From Yuukianura sp. NJ FZ-2021 (Eukaryota), in contig CM102283.1 in NCBI GenBank assembly GCA_046563655.1, positions 6,758,001 through 6,822,000 on the forward strand: a DNA stretch of 64,000 nt. The letters run 5' to 3'. Positions within the stretch are counted from its first letter, which is position 1. Every line of letters begins with the position of its first letter. Both the position numbers and the translations under genes were made by a program. Below the pieces are notes generated by a model, which was not told where the DNA came from, ran no database searches, and saw nothing but the letters and a program-made list of their open reading frames with translations. Shown piece by piece: positions 1-11,800 of this stretch.

Positions 1-151
1 CGCATTCTGCCAATGCTAATCAATCAAAAAATTTGTTTTGAATTTGTTTCTTGAAATTCAATATTTGCTTTTGTTTCCAGCACAAGTTTCCTGAAAACCA
101 ATAAAACGTTTTTTCAAACAAAGTGGAACAATCCGATGCACTATAACAACA

Positions 152-1139
152 ATGTCTCCGGGACAAATCACGTTGTTTATGGCTCGATTTCTGAAAATTT
201 ACTGCGCAAGCGCAGACATCGTCACTGGATTTCTTCACTCCGCAACACAAACTTTGAAATCATTTTTGTTCAAGTTTATCCTATACTTCCTGCTAACAAA
301 TTACGACAAAGAGAACCTCTCCATGTCATTTTGTGCTGTAAACACGTTGGACGGTGAGTCTGAAACCAGATTGTCAAGTACAACAATTCAACCAATCGCT
401 GCAGCGTCTAACGCCAATCGACCAATCACTGGACGCTCATCGTCCAATGCTGGCGCCAAACCTTTGAAATCATCCAAAACCTACACCATTTTGGTAACAA
501 AAAATGAAGGTTCGGGAACTTCTGCTGAAACTTTGGTCGAATCTGAAACTATTACTGTAAGTGGCCGTTCTCCGCGCAAACGCAATGACGGCAGTCAAAC
601 TTCAGTCAACAATCGAGGTACTGGAACAATTTTTGTTAAATTTTTTATAAAATGGTAATAATTTATACAATTTTAATATATTTTATATGTTTTTAGGTTT
701 TGAATTGTACGGCTCATGTTCCACAAAGTCCAACCGAGCAATGATTGCCAGCGCACTGGAGCGCTCCGTCTTTCCAGGACCTCCGCCCGGCCCATCTCTT
801 CGAACCGAAGTTCTGGAAGCGCTTTCCAGCGTTCCAGTGACCGTGACGCACTTTCTGATTCTTTTTCGAAACGCTGAGTCATGTCCATACCGTGGCCTGT
901 ATATCTTCAACCCACTCACTAACGTCATGGACAAGATCCATGGTCATGGTCCAGCCATTGTCGCCAGTGATGAAGCTATTGACCACTTTCTCAAGTTCAA
1001 TTCTGCTTCAAAAGGATTTGAAATTGTGCAGACCAAGCACCTCTCAATTACAATCGACGCTTTTACGCTGCCCAATTCGTATTGGCTTGGAAAAAAAGCT
1101 GGACCTATCATCAAGAAAAAGCAAAACAGATTCCTCTAA
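152..1139 (+). CDS. Short CKK-domain protein (CAMSAP/Patronin C-terminal microtubule-binding domain), ~302 aa, exons 152-617 and 697-1139
   Basis: Exon 2 (KSNRAMIASALERSVFPG...HFLILFRNAESCPYRGLY...GHGP...FLKFNSASKGF...TKHLSITIDAFTL..YW.GK) matches the Patronin CKK pattern. The phase-1 GT-AG intron is 618-696. An in-frame TGA at 92-94 lies upstream of ATG 152. Confidence 0.8.
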
Positions 1140-3108
1140 TGTAAAAAAGAAGTCAAATTTTGAAAGTTAGGGTTGTTAACTTAAACATTTGCATTTAGTG
1201 TAAAAAACAAGTCTTCAATTTTTGAAATATTAGTTTTTTTAGCCAAAATTTTTCATAGTCAACAGAAAAAAATTTCGCGAACTCGTTTTTTCAATTTCAT
1301 TTTTCAACCGAGAAGTTTTAGTTTTCTTGGGCTCAAAATTAAGACTTCCTGTATCGTATTAAATATTTTTCGAATCTCATATGAATAAAAATGGAAGAAA
1401 TTGATTGTTAAAATTGAGAAAATTGAGTTTGAAAAAGTCAAGGTCATAAGATGGGTGTCAAATTCTTTTCATGTTCTCAAATATCAATTTCGGAGACGCG
1501 ACTAAAGTTTACATAGAGTTTCTTTTCTCAACTTTGTTTTTCCATAGGTTAGGTGACTTTTTTGAAAAAGTGAAAGCGACACTATTAATTTAGATGTGAC
1601 TTTCTCCTTTCATTTGGCGTTAAATTGTCTTTTGTAAAACCAAACAGCTTGTAAGAATTCAATTTCGAAATGTGATATAGGAGCTAGCATCAAGCGAGGA
1701 ATGGAAAGTTTTCATAAGAAAGCCGTTTTTTTTTTTGGAAATGTCGTTCCGTTGTTCTGAAAATTCTGGAAAGACAGACACCCAACCACTATAAGAATCC
1801 GGAGCTTTTGCCACCCTGGCCTCCAGTTGCGCCCCGATTCACACAAGTTTAGCACGAAGTGAAAGTCAGCTTTCAGTCTCGCAGGGAAAGTCGGGGTGAA
1901 AGGGTTGAAGCAGCTTCAGAGCCAACCATTTTCAAAATTCTAAAATTTTGAAACAGTAACGAAACGGCTACTGATAATCGGTACTACCGATTATTCCGAC
2001 TTCAATCAAACAATCACAAGGTGAGACACAATTCTTCAAAATTTTCGAAATTTTGGCAACTGCCATTGGTGCTATTACCAAAAAAAAAATTTTTTTTTCT
2101 TTGCAATTTTCTGTTTTCTTTGATTAAGAAAATGAACTGTGAAGAGATTCTTTGTTAAAGTTGTTTTTAATTTTTTTTTAATAATTCGGAATTTAATATC
2201 AAAAAAGTTCGTCGAAAAAGTAGTTACTCGGTTGAATTTTTTTTTTGGACACCCTATTTTAGACATTTTCAAATTCAAAATAGTACAAAAGTATTGTAAA
2301 ATTTGTCCAGTCAATTATGGGTTTCCAATATCCAATTTATTTTTTTGTCGCTTTCAAAATGTGAAAAACTAAACTTCCTGAACCAGAATTCAGAATTCGT
2401 ATTTTGAAGTGAAAGTTTCTTCGAATGAAATTTTCCTGTAATGATTTCCAGTATTTTATTTTCGAACGTGTCAAAAATGCTTATTACATAGAAAAACAAA
2501 GATTTGAAAAAACAATTGCTTAATGGAACTGAGAAATTGAAGATTGGCAATGGATTTTGAGTCAACAAAATAATTCAACTTCGAAAGGTCAATTTATAGG
2601 GAAAAAATGCGAACTTGTTCAAAATCTTGTTCAAAAAAGTGTTACGACGGACGCGATCAACTAGAAAACAATGGAAAATTTTTCTCTGGTTCCAATTATT
2701 TTCAAAAATTTGAGTGTAATTCAAAAAGGGCTTGTTATTTTCTCCGTCCGTTGTCCGTACAATCGTTTGTATCGACCGTTTGTATTGCTTAGTTTGCAAG
2801 AAACGACTTAAAAAAGAAGCTGAATGTTTTCCGATATGTTTACATAAGAAATGGTGATACTGGAGATAAGCGTTTTTGTGAGAAGACGGTTTCTAATTCA
2901 GAATTAAGAAGACAATTTCGAAATTTCCATTTTGGCAATGCATGGCTATCTGTCCGAGTGGAGCCTAACTTTTTGTTAAAAAGTCAATTTCGATGAATAA
3001 AGTGAGAAGTGGCTCTGACAGTTGTGACTTGTTCATCGCTTCCATTTTGGCATTGACTAAATTGACCTAATAGCATTTCCCAATGAATATTGAAATATGC
3101 CATAAGCA

Positions 3109-3210
3109 ATACATTAAAAAGATCATGGTGACTCGCAACACATTAAAAAGTTGATGGTGACTCAAGTGAGCACTTGAAAAATTCATGCCAAGACACGAAA
3201 CACTTGAGAT
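3109..3210. repeat. Degenerate ~30-bp tandem repeat
   Basis: acattaaaaagatcatggtgactc and acattaaaaagttgatggtgactc, followed by two more diverged cacttga units. Confidence 0.5.
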
Positions 3211-3440
3211 ATAACATCAATCCACCCATTTTTCCAAAATTTCATCAACCAGGAACCTTGACTTTTGGAATGAAATTATGCAAAAGTTTTTGACACAAAG
3301 TTTTGAAGATATTTGAAAACAAAGAAAGTCTAGGAAAAGCAAGACAAGTGTGTTCAAATTTTGAAAACAAGTTAATTAACCAGGAACATGAGTTCAATTT
3401 GTAAAACGTTGTTGTTGATTAAATTTGAAGGTCAAAAGTC

Positions 3441-5958
3441 ATGGAGTGGAAGCGGGTCATGCAAGCATCTTCAGTGACGCTACTTTGGATCGTGCTTTTC
3501 GTGTCCCAAATCGCTGCATTTCCAGCGATTCCGCAACAATCTACTTCCTCCCTAGACAGAGGAGCGTACTCGCCATCGGAAGACTACGAACAACCACAAC
3601 CAGGTAAATTGTCTTGCAATTCAACTTTTGGAGGTTCATAATCAACAAAGTCTTGAAAAGTTACGCCCACGAAAACTTAATAATTAGTCTTTAATCATGG
3701 CTCAAAAATACTCAGAAGTAAAGTACAAAAAAATTATAAGCGCTTCGACCTTGTCAAAGAAAAAATTCCTTGAATTCAGGGAGTTTTTTTTTTCAAAAAC
3801 TTAAGTTTTTGAAAAAATATTCTAAAGATTTTGTAAACGGATTCAAAAGTCCGAACTGTAAAGCCCGATTGCGCAACTAACGTAAGTATACTAATAACTT
3901 TTTCATTTGCACCAGGAATTAACACACAAAAAATACTTTCTTTCTGAAATACGATCTGGGAATCGTAACAAGCGAAGTTTGCTATCATATTCACCTAATA
4001 AAAATGTTGTTGCTTTTGTAGTATTTATTTGCTCGTTTGACGTAACTGTTCCAAATTTTTGCAACTGGAGCTTGATGCAGCAACACATGAAATCAAATGG
4101 ATATCAGAGACTATAAAATATTAGTATTTTGAGCATGAGGGAAGATTTGAAGTGAAAGACGAACGGGGTTTAGATGGGATCTGTGTTGGCGTGGTGAAAG
4201 GAGTGAAAGGACTGGTAGGATCCCGAGATTTGATTTAGTATCTTTGTTGAAGTCAACTTGAAGGAAGATGAAGCTTAAGAGATTTTAATAATTCAGAATC
4301 CCACAGGAATCAATTTTCTTTTCCCTGTCTTAAAACATTTCACATTTCACTTTTCCCGTTACTGAAAGCGAAATACGTAGCATTCATCGCTAACACCACC
4401 ACCATATGAGCCTCGGAACAAAAACTTTATGTTCAAGAAAGAATGCATAAGCTGTCTTTTAAATTAGTCTGGTTCAATTTTCAAAATCTGTTCCATTCAA
4501 AACGAGGAGAAATTCTTAAAACCCCCGAACAACGATTTTCATACATTTAGATTTTTTTTATTTGCTACGTTGCGACAAAACACGTTGAGAAAGCAGTATT
4601 CAGAAATGGAGACGTTGCTGGCAAGTTACTTTTTGGTCCAAATTGTGTGAAATAACGAACTAATTTTCGAAGCGTCAAAAAATTAGGACAGTTAAAAGTA
4701 TTGAATTTCAAAATGTCCCGCCCCCGTACTATTATTTCACAAAATAATCACGCACAAGAATATTTGCAGAGTATTACGACACTCGATCTATACTTTTTGA
4801 AACCAAATTTTAAAAATACCGAAACCGCCAATTTCAGAATTTTCCAGTTACAACCTCTGAACTAAATTTACAAAGCATAACTCATTTTACAAGAAAATTA
4901 CCAAAAGTTACACACGCTTTTTATATTCTACAGAATTGAAATTCTGTTGGTCGTATACGATTTTGCTTGTTTAAAGATTCACCAAAAAGACGCAATAGAC
5001 TCTGTTCTTGTTTAAAAATTCACGCAATTCCAATTTCCCAAATGCAACGTGCCATTTCTTTTTATTTGACACACACATTACATAAGTGACTCTGTTTTGT
5101 AGCTACGTCGACTTTGTGCTTTCACCGCAGTGAAAGTCCGCAAATACTTGCCAAAGTGTATCACCACAACCACTTCTTTTGCTTTTTGGTCAAATGGTAA
5201 ATACTGGGGGAAAAAAACACCGACGAAGCTTAACCTTTGACTTTCTGCGAAAACCAAGTCGCAAGGACTCGTTGAACTAAATTTCAAACTCATTTAGTAA
5301 TGGCCCGCTATTTTGTTCAAGGCTTACCTAAAATTTGGTTACGTCTTGAACCTACGTTTTCCACCAAAAAATGACTTTTGACCTTTGACTTTGTACTCAA
5401 AAAGCAAAATGAAGGAGTTGTTGATCTAAGCACAATTTCAAATTCGTTTGAACAAACTCGCTAATGGCCCACTTTTTACTCAAAGCTAACCTAAATTATT
5501 TCGTAATGCTTTTTACCTAACTTTTCCTCCAAAAAGTTTCTATCGAAAATTCAAACTGAAATGAAGTAACTTTGCTCATTCTGTTCCTAATCAGAAGGTT
5601 TTCCCTCACTATACTTTTGGTGACAAATTGAAACCGACTTGAAATTGAGTTAGTTTAGGTGATCAAAATTTGACCTTTGACATAACTCTTGACCAAACAC
5701 GTCTGTTTCTCTTCTGTAGGTTTGAGGGAGATGCTGGAGGAATTGGAACGTCAGGGCGGGTTGTCAGGTCGAATGGAGCCAAGAAGCTACTACGTCTCTC
5801 CAAATCACAAAATGGCAAGAAAGTCGCAGAGATCAAACACACTGCGCCTTCGATTTGGAAAACGAAGTGAACTTGAAGACCGAAGTTCAGTCATGGGTGC
5901 ACAAAATCCAATTCCTTGGAAAGTACGTGATTCACCTGTTGCTCATGGCTTCTTTTAA
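3441..5958 (+). CDS. sNPF: Short neuropeptide F precursor, ~133 aa, exons 3441-3603 and 5720-5958
   Basis: Exon 1 encodes a signal peptide. Exon 2 encodes RK-SQRSNTLRLRF-GKR, an RLRFamide with amidation Gly and basic cleavage sites. Phase-1 splice sites are compatible. Confidence 0.9.
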
Positions 5959-6553
5959 AAAAGAGAAAGCCATTGGCTGGAAAAGGCGCCGAGATTCAAA
6001 ATGTGTAATGTTCCGTTTGTATTACTTATTTAGATAACAGAGGATGGAACAATGGGTGTGTAAATGGAGAAAGCAGAGAGAGAAAGCAGTCACGTTTTAC
6101 CATTTTTCAAAACCTGCACACGTCTTACACCGATTTTTAAAAACAGGCGCCACAACTACTACCACAACCATTACCTTACTGCAACCACATCCTGTCTAAA
6201 CTTCCGTTTTTAGTTTTCAGAACAAACTTGAATTTTAGAAAAATGAATGTTAGACACTCTGCGCTTGCGCATGGGCTTTTTAACAAAGAAATTTGGTCGG
6301 CAGGACTCGTTTTTGGGAATTTTGTTTTAGAAAACCAACGCAAGCACTCTTCAAATCTAAAAATGAAAATAGTTATGTAAATTTTAGTTTTCAATTTCTA
6401 GATTTTAGTTTAACGTAGCAATTTTATTCAAAATAAATTCACAATCTATTTCTTGGTTTGACTTTTTGAATTCGTCAATACCTTTTTCATTCGCGAGTAA
6501 TTCTTGAAATAATAGTTTTTGTTTCGTGAAAATCGTAAACTCGTGAAAATGGA

Positions 6554-7362
6554 TTACTTCTCGTTTGGAAATTTATGTGCAACGATTGTCACAAAAAATC
6601 GAAACATTTCAGGTCCAGTTTTTTCTCCACAGTAATCACAGTAGTAGTAGCCACATCGATAGTAGGCAATTGTTGGAAATTGAGTCACTTTGTGATTGGT
6701 GGCCATCTGGAAATCAAAATTTTGAAAACTTTGAGCTTGACCTTTGACCTTTACAAAGATTTGACCTTGTTTGAAACTTACGGAAGAATCGAGACTGCAA
6801 TTAGCAGCAACAATTATGCGTGGAATTTTGTCGCGATGAGTAGCGAGATGACGACCAAGTCCAACAATCGTTTCCAGCAAAGCATTGGAGCTTGGACAAA
6901 CTGGAAGAGGTCAAAGGTCACAAAATTTTGAAAAAGAAAAATCAAAATTGTAATTTCAAATTTTGGAAATTATGAAGCATTACATGGTTGTGGAAGGCCA
7001 AAGAGGACAAAAACATGCGGATTTCGGACAATGACTTCAGTCAGTTGCCAGTTGACGCCAATTGGAAGGACGACGCCCGGAAGCATCTCAAAAATTGCCG
7101 GTGGCTTGGGTTGAACCGGAGCCCCACCCTGCCAAAACCACCCCTTGGACGGTGGCGATGGTGGGTTTCGGTATAGCTGCTTGTACTGTGGTGGATGGAC
7201 TGTCATTCCACAGTACTTGAACACAAGCAAAATGGAAGTAAGTGCAGCAAATGACCAGAAAAATATCCAGAAATAGGACTCAAATGTTTCAAATCCATCC
7301 GAAGGCGGCGGAGTTTCATCGACGATGTCCAGAACGCTTGTAAGATCCGCGTCACCTTCCAT
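6554..7362 (-). CDS. Single-pass membrane thioredoxin-like protein (PDIA5-derived), ~216 aa, exons 7362-6984, 6900-6782, 6706-6554
   Basis: An N-terminal TM (YFWIFFWSFAALTSILLVF) is followed by a Pro-rich linker and a Trx-like domain: VFVLFGLPQPFCPSS...IVAANCSLDSS...KVTQFPTIAYYRCG..DYCGEKT. All splice phases are compatible. Confidence 0.7.
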
Positions 7363-8829
7363 TGTCCAAGTGAAATTTCTCAAAAATTGGAAATGTCTAA
7401 AAGTTTTAAATCGAGATCGAAATTTTGAAAAAATGGAAACAAAATACTTATAACTTCAGGAAAAAAAGCTCCTCAAAAATTTGAACGATTTTACGATTCT
7501 CGTCGTACGACAACAGGACAAACAAAAACAAAAGCTGGTTTCACAGTAGTCTTGACAAAAACAAATTTCAATTTTTTGAAATATTTGAAATAATAGAAAA
7601 ATTAAGCATTGTTTTTCAAGTTTTACGTATTTTTCGTTCGATAAAATGTATGAATTTTTAAACCATTTTTTCTTTTACAAATTTTTTCTGTTCATCCAAA
7701 AACGAAACAAAGAATGAGAGAAGTAATTAATTTTATTTTTATATTTTTGAAACCAGCAGCGTCATCATCCTTCCTTGATGAATTTGAAATTTTTCATTTT
7801 CTCTTTTCTGCTGCTACCAGGAAACACATGGAGAGTGTACAAGAGCAAGTCGCTTTGAAATTGGATTTCAGAATCTAGATTTTAATTTCTCTTTTTCATT
7901 TTTTTAGAAAACTAGTTTTCATTTCTAGCATCTGGTGATCCTACAGGAAGGAAACAAAAGAAACTTTTAGAATGAATCAACAGGCGAATCTTAAGATTTA
8001 CCAGGCGGAACAGAACAAACAGACTCTGAGATAAAATAAGACAAAAGTTTATCAAGTCCTTGGGAGTCCATTCAACAACAACAGAATTTCTTCTCTTAAT
8101 AGTTACTCCCGCCAACATGTTACTTTCTCCAACATTTTCCAGAATCGCTGTTCCAGAGCATGGACAAGGAAGATGTTAGACAAAGATGGAGATCAAAAAG
8201 TGGCTATTTCCAGAGGCCACTCTGGGACAATCTGGAACTCTTCTATCTCTCTTCTAATCCACAAAAACACGACATCAACTCCATTCATTAAGGCTTTTTC
8301 TGCTAAATAAGATTTTGGACCAGCTTTTTTCGAAACTTTTTTTTTGAATTTTTTTTTCGTTTTTCTGGAGTTGGTGCCAGACGGCGTCAGCTAACAACCT
8401 CCGCGTCCCCAAAAATTTCTTTTGCCAAAAAATTCAGTCCAATTTCCGTCAGCGTTTGCACAATGTTTATTACCCCACTCAAATCCTTTAGTTTTTTCCA
8501 GTATTTTAGTCTTTAGTCCAGAAAAAACCTACGCCATCATAAAATCTAGTGTGCTAGACACTGCTGGATTTTCTTTTAGTCAAAATTGGTTTTTATTGCA
8601 GCTTTAGTCTTTTGTATGATTAGGTTACGTTGTGTTAACCTAATTCCGTTATTTTTAGTATATGAAAATATAGAAAACTTGGATTATGATAATTTTGGAC
8701 GTTTGATGAAGCGTAGGCAGTTTTAGGAGCAGATTATGAAGATAAGTGGATTAATTTTGGAAAGTTTGAATTTTGACGGCGCGGATTTTGAAAAGTAGAA
8801 AAAATTTGGCGGGAGATAATCGTTTGAAG

Positions 8830-11800
8830 TTAGAGTTCGTCACGTCCCTTGGGGGCACGGAGCATGAAGTTGATAAATTCAGTGGTACGACGCATTCCAC
8901 TGTAGTCGGTGACGTAGTTTCCGTTTCGGTAGTACTTGAGGGTTGGGTATCCGTCAATCTTGTAGCGTTCCAGAGCCTGTGGTTTCAAAAAATGCAAAGG
9001 TCAACTAAAATGTTATAAAGGTCATTGACCTTTCGAGGTCAAGGTCATTGATCGCTGTTATACAAAAACTTTACATGTGGATACTGGACACAGTCCAACG
9101 CAGCCAGGACGGATTTGGGCGAATCGCGAGCCAACGCTGAAGCAGCTCGAGCAAAGTCGGGTTTCATAGATTTGCAGTGTCCGCACCCTGGAACAAACAG
9201 ACAAGAAAGGTTATTGACCTCAAATTCAAACAAGGTCATTGACCTCAAAATCAACAAAGGTCATTGACCTCAAATTTGAAGCTTGTTGACCTTGGTTGAA
9301 AATCGTGAACTTACATGGAGCGTAGAACATGATCAGAGTCGACTCCTGTTTCTTGATGAACTCTGCGATACTTTCGTCCGTCAGCTTGTGAATGTTGTCA
9401 CTTCCTGGAATGCCTTGCCAGTCCGGGTAGAAAGTTTTTGAGCTACCAGCTGGAGGTGCAACTTCGTTGCTAAAATCTTGTCTCTGTTGTGCATTATTTG
9501 ACCATTTGAATTGACGATGACGACGGTCCATTTGGAAATTTTGTAAGTGGAGAAAGCAGATGGTTACATAAAAAGAAAGTAAAAAAAGCAAAGTGTCATT
9601 CACTTGTTGACTTTAGAAAGTTTTTGAGATAAACGTTAGCGGAAGCAACTCAAATGGCTTCCACAGTAACTCTGAAAAAAAGCCTGGCAACATAAAAGTC
9701 AAAACAGCGACAGCAATATAAGAGACAAGCAAAAATCCCAGTAATCCATCCTAGCAAAAGCAAAAAAGCAAAAACGATAAGACTTTGACTTTGAAATAAT
9801 AGAGTCGTTAGATAGGACTGTGTCCCTGTTTTGACTTTTTGCTGTTTTTGCTGTCGCCGGTTTGACTCCAACCAACGCCCACCAGCAGCGGAAACGCTTA
9901 GGTGAAAGTTACTTGGAAAAGATTTACGAATTATGACAGAAGGAACGGAAAAGCTGAGTGATAAGATTAAAGGGTTAGGAACCACTTTAGGACTTACGAA
10001 GATTCCAAAAAACCGTAAAGCAAACGGAACGGCGGCAAACATCTTTTTTGAAAGTTGGAAAGTGAGGAGGTGGGTTCGTGGGATGACGGTGGGACCGTGG
10101 GGCCAGTGGGAGCGGTGAAGCGTGTAAGCCTAAAGCCGCAACAGGTAGGCAGAATGTCTCCCCCTTCGGCGGAAATGAAAAGACTCAAACGCTTCTGCTG
10201 TGAATCAAATTAAATTTTGAAAAGAAGCGCGACTTCCTACGGCGACGACAACTAAAACTCAAATGAGCACTCAAAAAAAGTGGCACCGGGAAAGTTTTCT
10301 TTTTTGAAAACTTCTGTTTCAGAAACTGTTTCTATGGAGACATAAAAATCTACAAAGACTTGAAAAGAAAAAGTTTAAGCGAAAATGGCGTACTTTTGAA
10401 GCTCGTAAACGAAAATGGCAATGAAATTTTTTTGTTACCGTTCGGCCTCCCTGGTAGTGCGTCATTTTGGCAAGATTAAAATGGCGGAAATGTTTGAAAG
10501 TTGGAAATCCTTTGATGTCGTATGCCTTGCACAGAGCTTTTTCTACCGTACAGTCCACAGCACCAAACAGCACATCAGCGTTGTATTTTAAGTCTTCAGC
10601 GGCACCAACGAACTCTGGTTTAGTCGCTTTACAGTGACCGCACCCTAGAGAATGCCCAGTTTTAAAAAAAAAAGTTGTTTAAAAATAAAATTTGAAAAAC
10701 CCGGCATAATTTTGAACTATTCTTACATGGCGCGTAGAACATCACGAGAGCATGGGCTTTTGGTGCCAAAGTACTTTCAAAACTTTCTTCATCCAAGTGC
10801 ACAACGGCTGACGGTTCATCCGACCACGGCGTTTCTGGCGGCGGCGGTGGTGGTGGTTCTTGTGGGTTCAACATGAATTCCACCAAACGCTCTTCGTCTC
10901 GAACATTTTCAGCGTCAAATGCAAATTCACCGTTGCGAAAATATTTAATTGTGGGGTAGCCTTTGACGTCGAATTTCTGTGCAATTTGAGTTTCTACCGT
11001 TGCGTCGACAGCGGCTAAGCGACCAGCGACGGCAAGTTCTTGAAGCTTCTGCGCAGCAGCAGTAAAAGCAGGTTTCATTTTCTTGCAGTGTCCACACCAT
11101 GGAGCATAAAACATGACAAGGACGGATGGAGTTTTCTGTAATAAAAAATTGAAGAGACTTGCAACTTAAATTGTAAAACTTTTCGGTTTTATTATGTCAA
11201 TTAAAAGTTAATGCTCGTCTGTGAAGAGTTTTGTGGCTTTGTGACATTTAGCACAAAACTGCAGTGGTTGTGTGGAGGTCACAAGAATTCATCTCGGCTG
11301 AAGTAAATTGATGACAATCTTAGTCCAGGGAGAAAGAAAGTTAATGGCCGCGTCAACTTAACATTTTCGAAGAAAAAAATTATTATTGTTTAAATGTTCT
11401 TTTCAAATTTTTGTGTTGAAATTTTTACAAGCTCAAAATTTCAAAATTTTGTACATCGCCAGAAATGTTTAGCTTACAAAAATACGTATTTTTTAACCCC
11501 AAGTTCAACTACACGCCCTCATTTTTCGAAAACTTCTTTTTGTACCTCATTTTGTAAAAAGTTAATTAAAAGTTCAAAGTAATTAAAAAAAATGGAAACA
11601 AAACCTGTGGTCCCGGTAGCCTACACTTTCAAAATTAAAAAAACAAAGTTTCTAAAAAAAATTGCTGAACTAGATTTATACATAACATTCGCGAACTACT
11701 AAATAAAAATGTTTTTGAAGCTTCTGTACATTTTTTTTAGGTTTTAGTTAAAAACTGTGTTACTAGCCCTAACCACAGCCCAACCATACAAAAAAAATTA

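Noticed and set aside
7912-8320. GC-richer island with a VVFLWI string, suggesting a retroelement RNase H fragment
   Set aside because: Interrupted by stops, with no other recognisable RT or RNase H motifs.
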